33,516 nucleotides of DNA, taken from positions 1 to 33,516 of the forward strand of contig CAYHGC010000001.1 of assembly GCA_964356075.1 (NCBI GenBank), read 5' to 3'. This document shows, piece after piece, positions 16,060 to 23,755 of the stretch. This stretch comes from an uncultured archaeon. GTDB lineage: Archaea; Iainarchaeota; Iainarchaeia; Iainarchaeales; VGJJ01. Position numbers and translations under genes: made by a program. The notes beneath the pieces are model-generated. The model was not told where the DNA came from. It did not search any database and saw only the letters and a list, made by a program, of their open reading frames with translations. Numbering within the stretch: position 1 is the stretch's first letter; every line of letters starts with the position of its first letter.

Positions 16060-16485
16060 TTAGTGATTTTGAAGCTTCTTTGGTAAATACCGGAGCACCT
16101 TTCGGTCTATTTCTAAATCTAATGAGGAACCAATGATGGGACGCCAATGAACGGATTCGGCTTCGTTTGATGTAATTTTTCCTGTCCATTCGGTTACTAG
16201 GAAATAATGAAGATTGAACTTCAATCCAGATGACTGATAAGGGAGTGTGACTAGAAAGTGGTATTGTATTGGTCGAACTGTTAGTTCTTCTTTTACTTCG
16301 CGCAATAGGGACTCTTCAATGGTTTCGCCTTTTTCGATGCCCCCTCCTGGAATAACAAATTTTCCTGGATCAACTTTTTTGCTCATCTTACGTTTTTCAA
16401 TCAACATTTTATTGTTTTTTACCAGGAGAAAAGCAACACATTCGATGGCCTTTTCTACTGCACCGCTCACTCTTTCCTTTTTCAT
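16060..16485 (-). CDS. Nudix hydrolase (MutT-like)
   Basis: Nudix box GGGIEKGETIEESLLREVKEELTV. ATGA overlap with the upstream ORF at 16482-16485. Confidence 0.85.
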   Translation of the reverse strand: MKKERVSGAVEKAIECVAFLLVKNNKMLIEKRKMSKKVDPGKFVIPGGGIEKGETIEESLLREVKEELTVRPIQYHFLVTLPYQSSGLKFNLHYFLVTEWTGKITSNEAESVHWRPIIGSSLDLEIDRKVLRYLPKKLQNH

Positions 16486-17120
16486 TTTTTTTCACGCGGC
16501 TTCATGTTGTGCAATTCCTCGTCTTGCACATACTCGAGGTTGGTCATCAAACAATGGTAGGCTTTTTCCAATTCTCGACCCAAGTACGCAAAATGCTCTT
16601 TGCGTAAATTCAACTCTGTTTTCGTGGCAATGGTATGATACACATCAATGGGTTTCTTTCCCATGACTTTGAGAATAACACTATTTTTTTCATTGCAAAA
16701 ACCCGCTTCAATTTCGTTGGTTTCCCAATTGATTCGAATCAAAAAATAGCCTTTAGGATCTAAGACAAAGTGTTTGGTATCATCATACTCGGCTTTCATT
16801 TCCTGGGCATCTTTGGCTTGAATTTGATTTCCCACGAGCATATTTTTGGAATCAAGATCCATGACCACAAACGCGTTCACCGGACAGGAAGAAGCGGCAT
16901 CCACGGCACGTTTAATCCGCTCCGGGCTTCCTGAAATATCCACTGAAAACAATCGTTCTCCGATCGGCTTTCCATTCAATAAAATAGCAGTGGCGCGCGC
17001 ATGATCAAACCCAAAGGTTTGGGGGTCAGCTTTGTAACAGGGCTCGGAACCAATACACTTGGCCTCGTCAAACTCAATCCGAATACGCTTCATACCTTGA
17101 TCCATATCAGCTAAACCCAC
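16482..17120 (-). CDS. Ferredoxin-domain / DUF4346-like fusion protein
   Basis: The N-terminal part has a single-cluster ferredoxin pattern (AKCIGSEPC...CPVNAF). The C-terminal part (DPKGYFLIRINWETNEIEAGF...HFAYLGRELEKAYHCL...YVQDE) matches the DUF4346 pattern as I recall it. Confidence 0.6.
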   Translation of the reverse strand: MGLADMDQGMKRIRIEFDEAKCIGSEPCYKADPQTFGFDHARATAILLNGKPIGERLFSVDISGSPERIKRAVDAASSCPVNAFVVMDLDSKNMLVGNQIQAKDAQEMKAEYDDTKHFVLDPKGYFLIRINWETNEIEAGFCNEKNSVILKVMGKKPIDVYHTIATKTELNLRKEHFAYLGRELEKAYHCLMTNLEYVQDEELHNMKPREKK

Positions 17121-17252
17121 GCAAAACGGCTTTTAATGCCGTCTCGTACAACGCTCGTTAAAAAGCCTTTTCCTCGCTCTTTTCTTTGCCGGACTATACT
17201 CCATATTACGTGGATTTTTCCATTGAAGGTGGGGCGAATCAAATAAAGTGTT

Positions 17253-17325
17253 CCCGCCTTAGCATAGTAGCTAATGCGTCCGGCTGTAGACCGGAAGATC
17301 CCCGGTGCAAGTCCGGGAGGCGGGA
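17253..17325 (+). tRNA. tRNA-Tyr (anticodon GUA), archaeal type
   Basis: Manual cloverleaf. Acceptor CCCGCCT/AGGCGGG (C1-G72), D arm GCAT-AGTAGCTA-ATGC, anticodon arm TCCGG-CTGTAGA-CCGGA, 5-nt variable loop AGATC, T arm CCCGG-TGCAAGT-CCGGG, discriminator A. No CCA. Confidence 0.85.
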
Positions 17326-17328
17326 CTA
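17308..17328 (+). repeat. Direct repeat DR1 (attL core) = 3' end of tRNA-Tyr
   Basis: CAAGTCCGGGAGGCGGGACTA is identical over 21 nt to 25437-25457. Its 19-nt core AAGTCCGGGAGGCGGGACT is also found at 26963-26981. Confidence 0.9.
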
Positions 17329-17390
17329 TAACCATTAAATCAGTCCAGGAATATAGTATTCCAAAGGACATTTATCATTCAGCGGAAGGA

Positions 17391-18326
17391 TTGAAGAGAG
17401 CCCTGGTGGCCCTTTCCGCGGTTACAGCCATTAGTGAAGGTGGTAGGGGAGAGATACAACGGTACGTGCGATATTCTCTTGCCCAAGGAATCAAACCCAT
17501 TCGTGTTAGAAAAACAGTTTACATGTTGCGAGACATGTCTATCGTTCTAGGAAAACCATTTTCGGAATGCACTAGAGATGATATTGAAGGATTGATGGTT
17601 GAGATTGGCCAACGCGATTATGCGGAGTGGACAAAAGCCGATTATCGGATAATCCTTAAGCGGTTTTACAAATGGTTACTGGGTAACAATGAGGAATTTC
17701 CTATCCAGGTTAAATGGATTCGGTACCGAGAGCCAAAGAATACCATCTTACCAGAGGAACTACTAACCGAAGAGGAAGTTTTACGAGTAGTCGATAAAAC
17801 AAAATTGATTCGGGATAAAGCATTCATCTATTTACTGTATGAAAGCGGAGCGCGAATCGGTGAAATACTTACACTTTCAATCAAACATGTCACTATTGGA
17901 AATCCAATATCATCCATTTTAGTAAGTGGGAAAACGGGTCAACGAAGAATTCTATTTGTAAAAAGCGCAAGATATCTGAGAGAATGGCTGAGCGAACATC
18001 CGTTTAGAGAACATCCCGAATCCTCTTTGTGGGTTCGTATGGACTCTGCTCGAGTAAGCGGGAAGTGGACAAATCCAGCAGAAAAGGAAATCACCTATAC
18101 AAGTGTGAAGAAGCTTCTTGGGAAAGCGTTTTTGGAAGCCGGGATAAAGAAAAAACACCGATGTCACCTATTCCGCCATTCTAGAGCTACTTTTTTGGCT
18201 CAGCATCTAACCGAAGCGCAGTTGAAACAATTTTTTGGATGGACTCAATCTAGCGATATGGCCGGGAGGTATGTTCACCTAAGCGGGAGGGATTTAGACG
18301 GTGCAATTTTGAGAGTGTATTCATAA
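17391..18326 (+). CDS. Tyrosine recombinase / integrase (XerC/D-like)
   Basis: SAM-like N-terminal domain plus a catalytic domain with ...GARIGEIL..., HLFRHSRATFLAQH (HxxR) and GRYVHLS (catalytic Tyr). The tracked ORF (17274) starts inside the tRNA. There is no ATG after the att core, so the start is probably TTG 17391 or GTG 17406 and remains uncertain. Confidence 0.85.
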   Translation: MKRALVALSAVTAISEGGRGEIQRYVRYSLAQGIKPIRVRKTVYMLRDMSIVLGKPFSECTRDDIEGLMVEIGQRDYAEWTKADYRIILKRFYKWLLGNNEEFPIQVKWIRYREPKNTILPEELLTEEEVLRVVDKTKLIRDKAFIYLLYESGARIGEILTLSIKHVTIGNPISSILVSGKTGQRRILFVKSARYLREWLSEHPFREHPESSLWVRMDSARVSGKWTNPAEKEITYTSVKKLLGKAFLEAGIKKKHRCHLFRHSRATFLAQHLTEAQLKQFFGWTQSSDMAGRYVHLSGRDLDGAILRVYS

Positions 18327-18380
18327 TCGGTGGCGCTTCCGCTCAAATACCTTTTTTAACCAACAATTTTTCTCAATGTT

Positions 18381-18551
18381 ATGGGGATCATCGATGTTCT
18401 GGTACTTGTCACGTTAGTCGCGCTCTTCTTTTTTGCGTCAGGAGCTATCGCTAGTCACTATTTTTCAAAATGGATTGATGCAAAAGCGACTGAAAAGTAC
18501 AACCACTATCTACGTGCAAAAACAAAACAATCATTTTCCCATAATGGTTAG
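18381..18551 (+). CDS. Possible 56-aa single-TM protein
   Basis: Below the ORF-track cutoff. Reads MGIIDVLVLVTLVALFFFASGAIASHYFSKWIDAKATEKYNHYLRAKTKQSFSHNG. No clear RBS. Its 3' end overlaps the convergent gene by 21 nt. Confidence 0.25.
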   Translation: MGIIDVLVLVTLVALFFFASGAIASHYFSKWIDAKATEKYNHYLRAKTKQSFSHNG

Positions 18552-19253
18552 CAATTCGAGAAGGGTGTTTTCCGTTTTAGGAGAAATGATCCATGTGGTT
18601 AATGACATCTCACACTCTTTTTTTGTTAGTTTGATAATTCCTTCGTCTATTTTCGCTTCGATGTATTGAACGTCTTTGAAATGTTCCACTGGTTTGAATT
18701 TTACTCCTTCCTTCATTTTGAAAATTAATTTTGAATGAGTGTATTTTGTATTACGACCATTGGCATCCCCCATTTTTTCTTCACACTTTTCCAATTGGCC
18801 TTTAATGAGATTGCAGTTCGAGCGGGTCTCTTTGAGGAGTGTGTGGCAGGTATACTCTAAAGAAATTGTTTTTGCGAGGAGTGTGTCGGAATTCTTGAGG
18901 CGCTTTTTGTCGTCGTAATCTGGGTGAATGGTAGCCATTAGTCTAAATGGTATGTTGTCGATTTCAAAGTTGGCCTTGATCTCATTGAAATCGCTTCCAT
19001 GCTCGATGCGGTACAATTCGCCCATTGCCCTTTTGATTTCAGCGACTGTCATCGGAGAACCGAGGTTGATTGCCGTTTGAAAAATGAATTTCCTTCTGTC
19101 ATTGCGCTTTATGAAAACACGAATGGGTAAAATCACCCACTCGTAAATCCTTCCAAGGACTTTGTTAACCAAAAAATCAAGAACTGCTCCTACGAAGGGC
19201 AATACAATGTTTTGGAGGGCTGTCCATGCTAGTACAAGTTCTGCCCAAACCAT
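18531..19253 (-). CDS. Hypothetical protein with hydrophobic N-terminus (element A cargo)
   Basis: 240 aa. The N-terminal ~45 residues are hydrophobic (MVWAELVLAWTALQNIVLPFVGAVLDFLV...) and are followed by a soluble domain with no motif I recognise. A TTTAAAAAC TATA-like box lies about 30 nt upstream. Confidence 0.55.
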   Translation of the reverse strand: MVWAELVLAWTALQNIVLPFVGAVLDFLVNKVLGRIYEWVILPIRVFIKRNDRRKFIFQTAINLGSPMTVAEIKRAMGELYRIEHGSDFNEIKANFEIDNIPFRLMATIHPDYDDKKRLKNSDTLLAKTISLEYTCHTLLKETRSNCNLIKGQLEKCEEKMGDANGRNTKYTHSKLIFKMKEGVKFKPVEHFKDVQYIEAKIDEGIIKLTKKECEMSLTTWIISPKTENTLLELLTIMGK

Positions 19254-19304
19254 AGGAATGCCTCATCGAAGGATGTTTTTAAACAGAAATGACGTACTAC
19301 TCCC

Positions 19305-20177
19305 ATGCAACCACGAAGGGTTATCGACGCTGCCAAGGAAGACGCTCTTGCTCAGACTTATGAGCGCCACCTTTTTACTCAAGCGAGCAATTCCTATCTC
19401 CTCATTCCATCAGAGCCGTCCATGGATATCATCGGGATTTTGGAAATAACCCTTTCGGCGTTCAATGTTGAAACTACAAGGAAGTTACCTTCCCATATCA
19501 AGATTCCGTCTGAGTTCAGCGTCGACGATAAGATTACTTTGACTCAGAGTGCCGGACGAACCGCGCGTCACGGGGAAAAATTTCTCGGTTGGTTTCGGAT
19601 TGACGAATACGAGGTTCAAAGTGTGCAGTTTGATCTTTACGCTTTCCCCCGTACTCATCACGCATTTTTTACAGTTCAGCGCGTTGGCGAAGACAGTTAT
19701 CTACATATTCTGGCTACGCAAGAAAGAGCAAACTCGTTAATTTCTAATTTGCGTCCACTTTTGGAAGCAGAAGGGATTGCGATGGCGCGTTGTGTGTTAG
19801 ATGAAACACGCATTTACAAGGTTAAGGAGAAATTGGGGCTAAAGACCATTGAAGAAATTATTGATGGAGTTGTGCCAGGGGTCAAGTACCGTGCGACCGG
19901 TGATTTGGACAACCCTGACCATATTAAAATCACCAAAGAAGGAACGCGAAATAGTTTTGTTTTCCGATACGGTGCGTTGGACAAGAAAGAATTGGTTTTA
20001 TTTCGCATTAGCACTAGCGGATTGACGCACTTTCGTAGTAAAGTTACACCAAAGTTCCACATTGATTTTATCACAAACCACTTGATCCCGTTGTTTGCAT
20101 ACGAGCATTTGCTCTCCACTATTATGCCAGCAAGAAAAATCGACGGAGTTTCACATGCCGTTCAAATTCCGCACTAA
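19305..20177 (+). CDS. Hypothetical protein (element A cargo)
   Basis: 290 aa with no recognisable motif. Divergent from 18531-19253 across a 51-bp AT-rich spacer, with a TATA-like TTTTTAAAC about 25 nt upstream. Confidence 0.55.
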   Translation: MQPRRVIDAAKEDALAQTYERHLFTQASNSYLLIPSEPSMDIIGILEITLSAFNVETTRKLPSHIKIPSEFSVDDKITLTQSAGRTARHGEKFLGWFRIDEYEVQSVQFDLYAFPRTHHAFFTVQRVGEDSYLHILATQERANSLISNLRPLLEAEGIAMARCVLDETRIYKVKEKLGLKTIEEIIDGVVPGVKYRATGDLDNPDHIKITKEGTRNSFVFRYGALDKKELVLFRISTSGLTHFRSKVTPKFHIDFITNHLIPLFAYEHLLSTIMPARKIDGVSHAVQIPH

Positions 20178-20440
20178 GGGCGGATTTTTATTTTACTCAA
20201 ATCTATTGTCGCCTTGACTTTCGTCACTCTGCCCTCACGCTTCTTTTCCATCAAACCTTCTTTCTCAAGCATACTTACGTAGTCTGCGCATTTGTTATAC
20301 GCAAGATTAGTACTTTTGCTTAATTCTGTGACTGATTTCGGCTCTTTTTGTGTTAGTTCCAGCATTCTAAAGCGGTTCCTATTGGCCATTATCCTCATTT
20401 TTTGAAATAGTGCTTCATGAGAAAGCGGAGTTCTGAACAT
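20174..20440 (-). CDS. ArsR/SmtB-like winged-helix regulator
   Basis: NRFRMLELTQKEPKSVTELSKSTNLAYNKCADYVSMLEKEGLMEKKREGRVTKVKA is a typical small wHTH sequence. Confidence 0.65.
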   Translation of the reverse strand: MFRTPLSHEALFQKMRIMANRNRFRMLELTQKEPKSVTELSKSTNLAYNKCADYVSMLEKEGLMEKKREGRVTKVKATIDLSKIKIRP

Positions 20441-20460
20441 ACTCCATTTTTAGGGTAACG

Positions 20461-20492
20461 TTTATATGTCAATACAACACCAAATTTGGTGT
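20461..20492. promoter_or_regulatory. TATA box plus 16-bp perfect palindrome (candidate operator of the ArsR-like repressor)
   Basis: TTTATATG at 20461-20468. ACACCAAATTTGGTGT at 20477-20492 lies between the divergent genes 20174-20440(-) and 20509-21342(+). Confidence 0.5.
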
Positions 20493-20508
20493 AGTGTGAG
20501 GCGTTAAG

Positions 20509-21342
20509 ATGGCAAAAAAAGATGATCAGAAAAAAGAAGTGAAGAAAGTTGGTTTTGGAAGCGTTCTCTCTCTTTTGGGTTACATTTTTGGTGCCTTGTT
20601 TGTTGTATGGGGAATAGTTGGTTTGTTCAAAAGTTTTATTGGGGGACTGTTGATTATTATTGGTGGTCTTTTACTTATTCCAAAGTTCAACACGTTTATT
20701 CGTGAAAAATATAAAATTGAATTGACTAATGGCCTTCGCATCGCCGGTTTCTTTATTCTTTTTGTAATTGGTGGATGGATAGTGGCATTGGCGCCATCCC
20801 ATTCTAGTGGTTCATCAGTTGCAGATACTGCGGATAATTCAGGAACTCCACTTATTGTAATGAATATCAAAAGTGTTTTTCCAAGTCCTGATGATATTCC
20901 AACATCATTGAAAATTGGTGCTATCGGGGACTTACCCCCAAATGTGGATTATGTGCCACCATCGGATGCGAATTACGTGTTAGGAAAACACTCTGCAGGA
21001 GCAACGCAGACATATTACACTCCAACAGCGCTCGGTTTTGGTGGAGAAAAAATAACACTAGATGCTTACCTATTTGACAGCCCAGAAAGTGCCAGAGTTG
21101 GATATGATGCACTAATCAACGAAATAAAAGCCGGACGTGGATATAACGAAGAAAACTCAGGTTCAAAAAATTGTTTCGCATACTCCAATAACTCGGATCT
21201 TGTTATCCGTTGGGATGCAGCCTGCCTATGGGGTAATATCTACCTTAAAGTACGCGGTTACTCTGGAGGATATTCCTTTGATCCAGTGCATCCTAAAGAA
21301 ATAATTGGGTTGGTGGACAAACAATTAGAAAAACTAGGTTAG
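20509..21342 (+). CDS. Membrane protein with about 170-aa extracytoplasmic C-terminal domain, unknown function
   Basis: Lys-rich N-terminus, 3-4 TM helices (VLSLLGYIFGALFVVWGIVGLF..., LLIIIGGLLLIP, IAGFFILFVIGGWIVALAP), then a soluble domain. Confidence 0.55.
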   Translation: MAKKDDQKKEVKKVGFGSVLSLLGYIFGALFVVWGIVGLFKSFIGGLLIIIGGLLLIPKFNTFIREKYKIELTNGLRIAGFFILFVIGGWIVALAPSHSSGSSVADTADNSGTPLIVMNIKSVFPSPDDIPTSLKIGAIGDLPPNVDYVPPSDANYVLGKHSAGATQTYYTPTALGFGGEKITLDAYLFDSPESARVGYDALINEIKAGRGYNEENSGSKNCFAYSNNSDLVIRWDAACLWGNIYLKVRGYSGGYSFDPVHPKEIIGLVDKQLEKLG

Positions 21343-21740
21343 GCTGGCAGTTTTCTATTGGGTTCTAACCGTTTTGCAAGCTCCTCGAACGTGAGTTTCT
21401 TTCCTTCTGACTTAACTTTTTGTCGATTATCGAGGGCATTAATCATTGCGTTGCATAGAAATCCAATGCAGTTAGCCTGTGTCGTGTTTATTCGATTCAT
21501 GCGTACGTCGTTGATTGTTTGAGTGAGTAGTATAACAACGTCTTTCGGATTTTCTACAATAACTTCACTTTCAATGGGTTCAAGCATCTTCTTGCGACCG
21601 TTCTTTCCACCTAATATTTTGGCAGCAAGTCGTTTTTCAATAATTTCAGGTAGGCGCGAGTGCGCAAAACAAAACACATCATTGGATATTGTTTGCGCAA
21701 CGCACTTTTTGCCATCCGGCTTTAGGAAACCGCACTCCAT
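21339..21740 (-). CDS. Small Cys/His zinc-ribbon-like protein (mobile-element associated)
   Basis: ATG 21740 is preceded by GGGGGTGGTGG. MECGFLKPDGKKCVAQTISNDVFCFAHS resembles the Cx8C...CxxH knuckle seen at N-termini of phage and plasmid proteins. The tracked start (21818) would overlap the upstream gene. Confidence 0.5.
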   Translation of the reverse strand: MECGFLKPDGKKCVAQTISNDVFCFAHSRLPEIIEKRLAAKILGGKNGRKKMLEPIESEVIVENPKDVVILLTQTINDVRMNRINTTQANCIGFLCNAMINALDNRQKVKSEGKKLTFEELAKRLEPNRKLPA

Positions 21741-21777
21741 CCTACCACCACCCCCACAAGTAACACATATAACCGCC

Positions 21778-23118
21778 CTAACCGCGGTTAGTATCGCCAT
21801 CCCCTTCCAATAAATCAAAATAGCCTTTTGATTCTATATAATGTTTTACCGTGTCGGGCGACATTCGATATTTCACGCGGTCTTTATCGCGTTCTTTACG
21901 AAAAGGAGCTCGGCTCAATCTTTTCCCAATCCATTTTCTTAAATCAATTCCTTCGTTGATGTCTCCTTTCACCCAGCCAAGGACTTCGTCCATTTTGTAA
22001 TACCTTTCCTCCTTTACATTTTCCTTAATCCTCCGCCACAACGTCCGATCTGGGCTTTCTTCTTCTGTTATATCTCGTTGTTCAAATGTTTCATTAAGAT
22101 AATCAGCTATTCCATTATGCACGTCCATCCCAACTAGCATAGCGATGGAAAGCAGTCCCTTTGTTGTCTCAAGGTTGCGGTTATTCAATCGGTCATTAGT
22201 GTAGTGGTCGTACAATGATTGGATTTGCTCCCAGTTTTGCATTGTTGCAACGTAGCAAGAGTCTCGCAGTTCTTGCCATTGTTGGTCAATTTTTGGGGTC
22301 ATCCGTCCCTTCTCGGATGTTGATTTGAACAAACGAATTGGGATACAACGCGATAAGGTAATGGGTTCCAAACCTTCCGTATTGCTTATGATTTTAGGGC
22401 AGTACAAGTCAAAGGAATACGTTTTGTACCCGTCTTTGTATGTTTCTGTGCGTGATGTTTTTCCTCCTTTTTTGTACCCAATTTTTAGCATTAAATTAAT
22501 GGCGCGCTGTTTCAAAAAATCCATACCGTCATAATCATCGATGAAAAAAGTTGATTGATTGTGATGCACAAGCCTGAACAAGGATGATTCGCTTGGGTTT
22601 GTTGCATTCTGGGAGTTAAAACAAACTTGCTCCATCAATCGCATGAATTTTGTTTTCCCAGATTCCATTTCTGAGTGGAAAAATAGGTATCCGTAGGCAT
22701 CGAAAAGACAATGGCAGTATGTTCCAATGCTGTATACTGCAGCGAGATCAAGGATGCGCTCATCTGGAACGTCCATGTATCTTTCATACTGTTCTCTTAT
22801 CGCATGGAATAACTCCAGAATGGTTATTTCAGGCACGCTACCCTCTAGGAAGTTGTCAATGGATGCGTTACTCCAAAAAGTACCTATCCGTTGGATTTGG
22901 TCCATCGTTCGTATTCCGCTATTACGTATTTCGTCCTCGCCTTTATCGACCCTGAAAAAATCGACCTTGTAACTTCGGTCGGAAAATATAAGGCAGTTTG
23001 TTTCACCACCCGGTAAATCGATTACTTTTCCGAAATAAAAGAGGCCATCGTGAACCCCTTGATTCAATTTCAATGAAGTTTTTTCCGGATGACCAAATAG
23101 TTCATTCTTATTCACCAT
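21778..23118 (-). CDS. P-loop NTPase of mobile-element replication type (DUF3631/SF3-helicase-like, tentative)
   Basis: Walker A HSEMESGKTKF and Walker B STFFIDDYDG. The downstream block ...IGYKKGGKTSRTE...FDLYCPKIISNTEGLEPITLSRCIPIRL resembles plasmid/phage primase-associated ATPases. AAGGAG RBS upstream. Confidence 0.55.
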   Translation of the reverse strand: MVNKNELFGHPEKTSLKLNQGVHDGLFYFGKVIDLPGGETNCLIFSDRSYKVDFFRVDKGEDEIRNSGIRTMDQIQRIGTFWSNASIDNFLEGSVPEITILELFHAIREQYERYMDVPDERILDLAAVYSIGTYCHCLFDAYGYLFFHSEMESGKTKFMRLMEQVCFNSQNATNPSESSLFRLVHHNQSTFFIDDYDGMDFLKQRAINLMLKIGYKKGGKTSRTETYKDGYKTYSFDLYCPKIISNTEGLEPITLSRCIPIRLFKSTSEKGRMTPKIDQQWQELRDSCYVATMQNWEQIQSLYDHYTNDRLNNRNLETTKGLLSIAMLVGMDVHNGIADYLNETFEQRDITEEESPDRTLWRRIKENVKEERYYKMDEVLGWVKGDINEGIDLRKWIGKRLSRAPFRKERDKDRVKYRMSPDTVKHYIESKGYFDLLEGDGDTNRG

Positions 23119-23290
23119 ATCATGTATTATCTCCTTTTACCCGACCATTGCTGGTTCGGACGGTTTGGATTCCCGCACCGTAACATTTGTGTTCAACCAT
23201 GTTGCTTCAAATATGTTTTGGGTTCTCTATGGAAAGTTTTTTCAATACATATTTCATATATAACTTATAGGAAATATATCTGTCGCAAAA

Positions 23291-23755
23291 GTGGGATCAC
23301 GTGTGTCTTCAAAACCAATTACACGGGAACAGTATATTGCAAAACTGGAAGAGGACGAAGGGAAAAAAATTGAGAAAATTAGTGCATTTGGAAATATCTT
23401 AAATCATTGTTCGAGATTCCGTGAAGAAAAAATTTCTACTCTCGATGAGTTTAGGCGTCTTTTTTGGTGTCCAAAGGGGCCGACTGGTCCTCATGATGAA
23501 ATAGATAAACTTTCAAATAACACAAGAAATATTGGTGCTATACTTGAGAGTGCGCGGGAAGATTTGGACCAATGTCCAAAAGCATATTTTGAAGATAGAG
23601 AGCCTGTTGGGCCAAAAAGATGTTTTTTCTTGATAGAAGCGGGTGGTAGAAAAGAAATTTATAATGGAAATCACCGCGCGGGTGGAATTATCCGTAAAAT
23701 TTTACAGGGAAGTGAGTTCAAAGAAATTACTTCCTATGTGGGAGTTATTGAATAG
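23291..23755 (+). CDS. Hypothetical protein with ParB/DGQHR-like NGNHR motif (tentative)
   Basis: GTG start about 30 nt downstream of the CATATATAAC TATA box. The C-terminal segment FFLIEAGGRKEIYNGNHRAGGIIRKIL resembles the ParB-nuclease-fold (D/N)GxHR motif. Confidence 0.45.
   Translation: MGSRVSSKPITREQYIAKLEEDEGKKIEKISAFGNILNHCSRFREEKISTLDEFRRLFWCPKGPTGPHDEIDKLSNNTRNIGAILESAREDLDQCPKAYFEDREPVGPKRCFFLIEAGGRKEIYNGNHRAGGIIRKILQGSEFKEITSYVGVIE

Noticed and set aside
17111-17371. 86-aa minus-strand ORF
   Set aside because: It lies antisense across the whole tRNA-Tyr gene and the att core, so it is not credible as coding.
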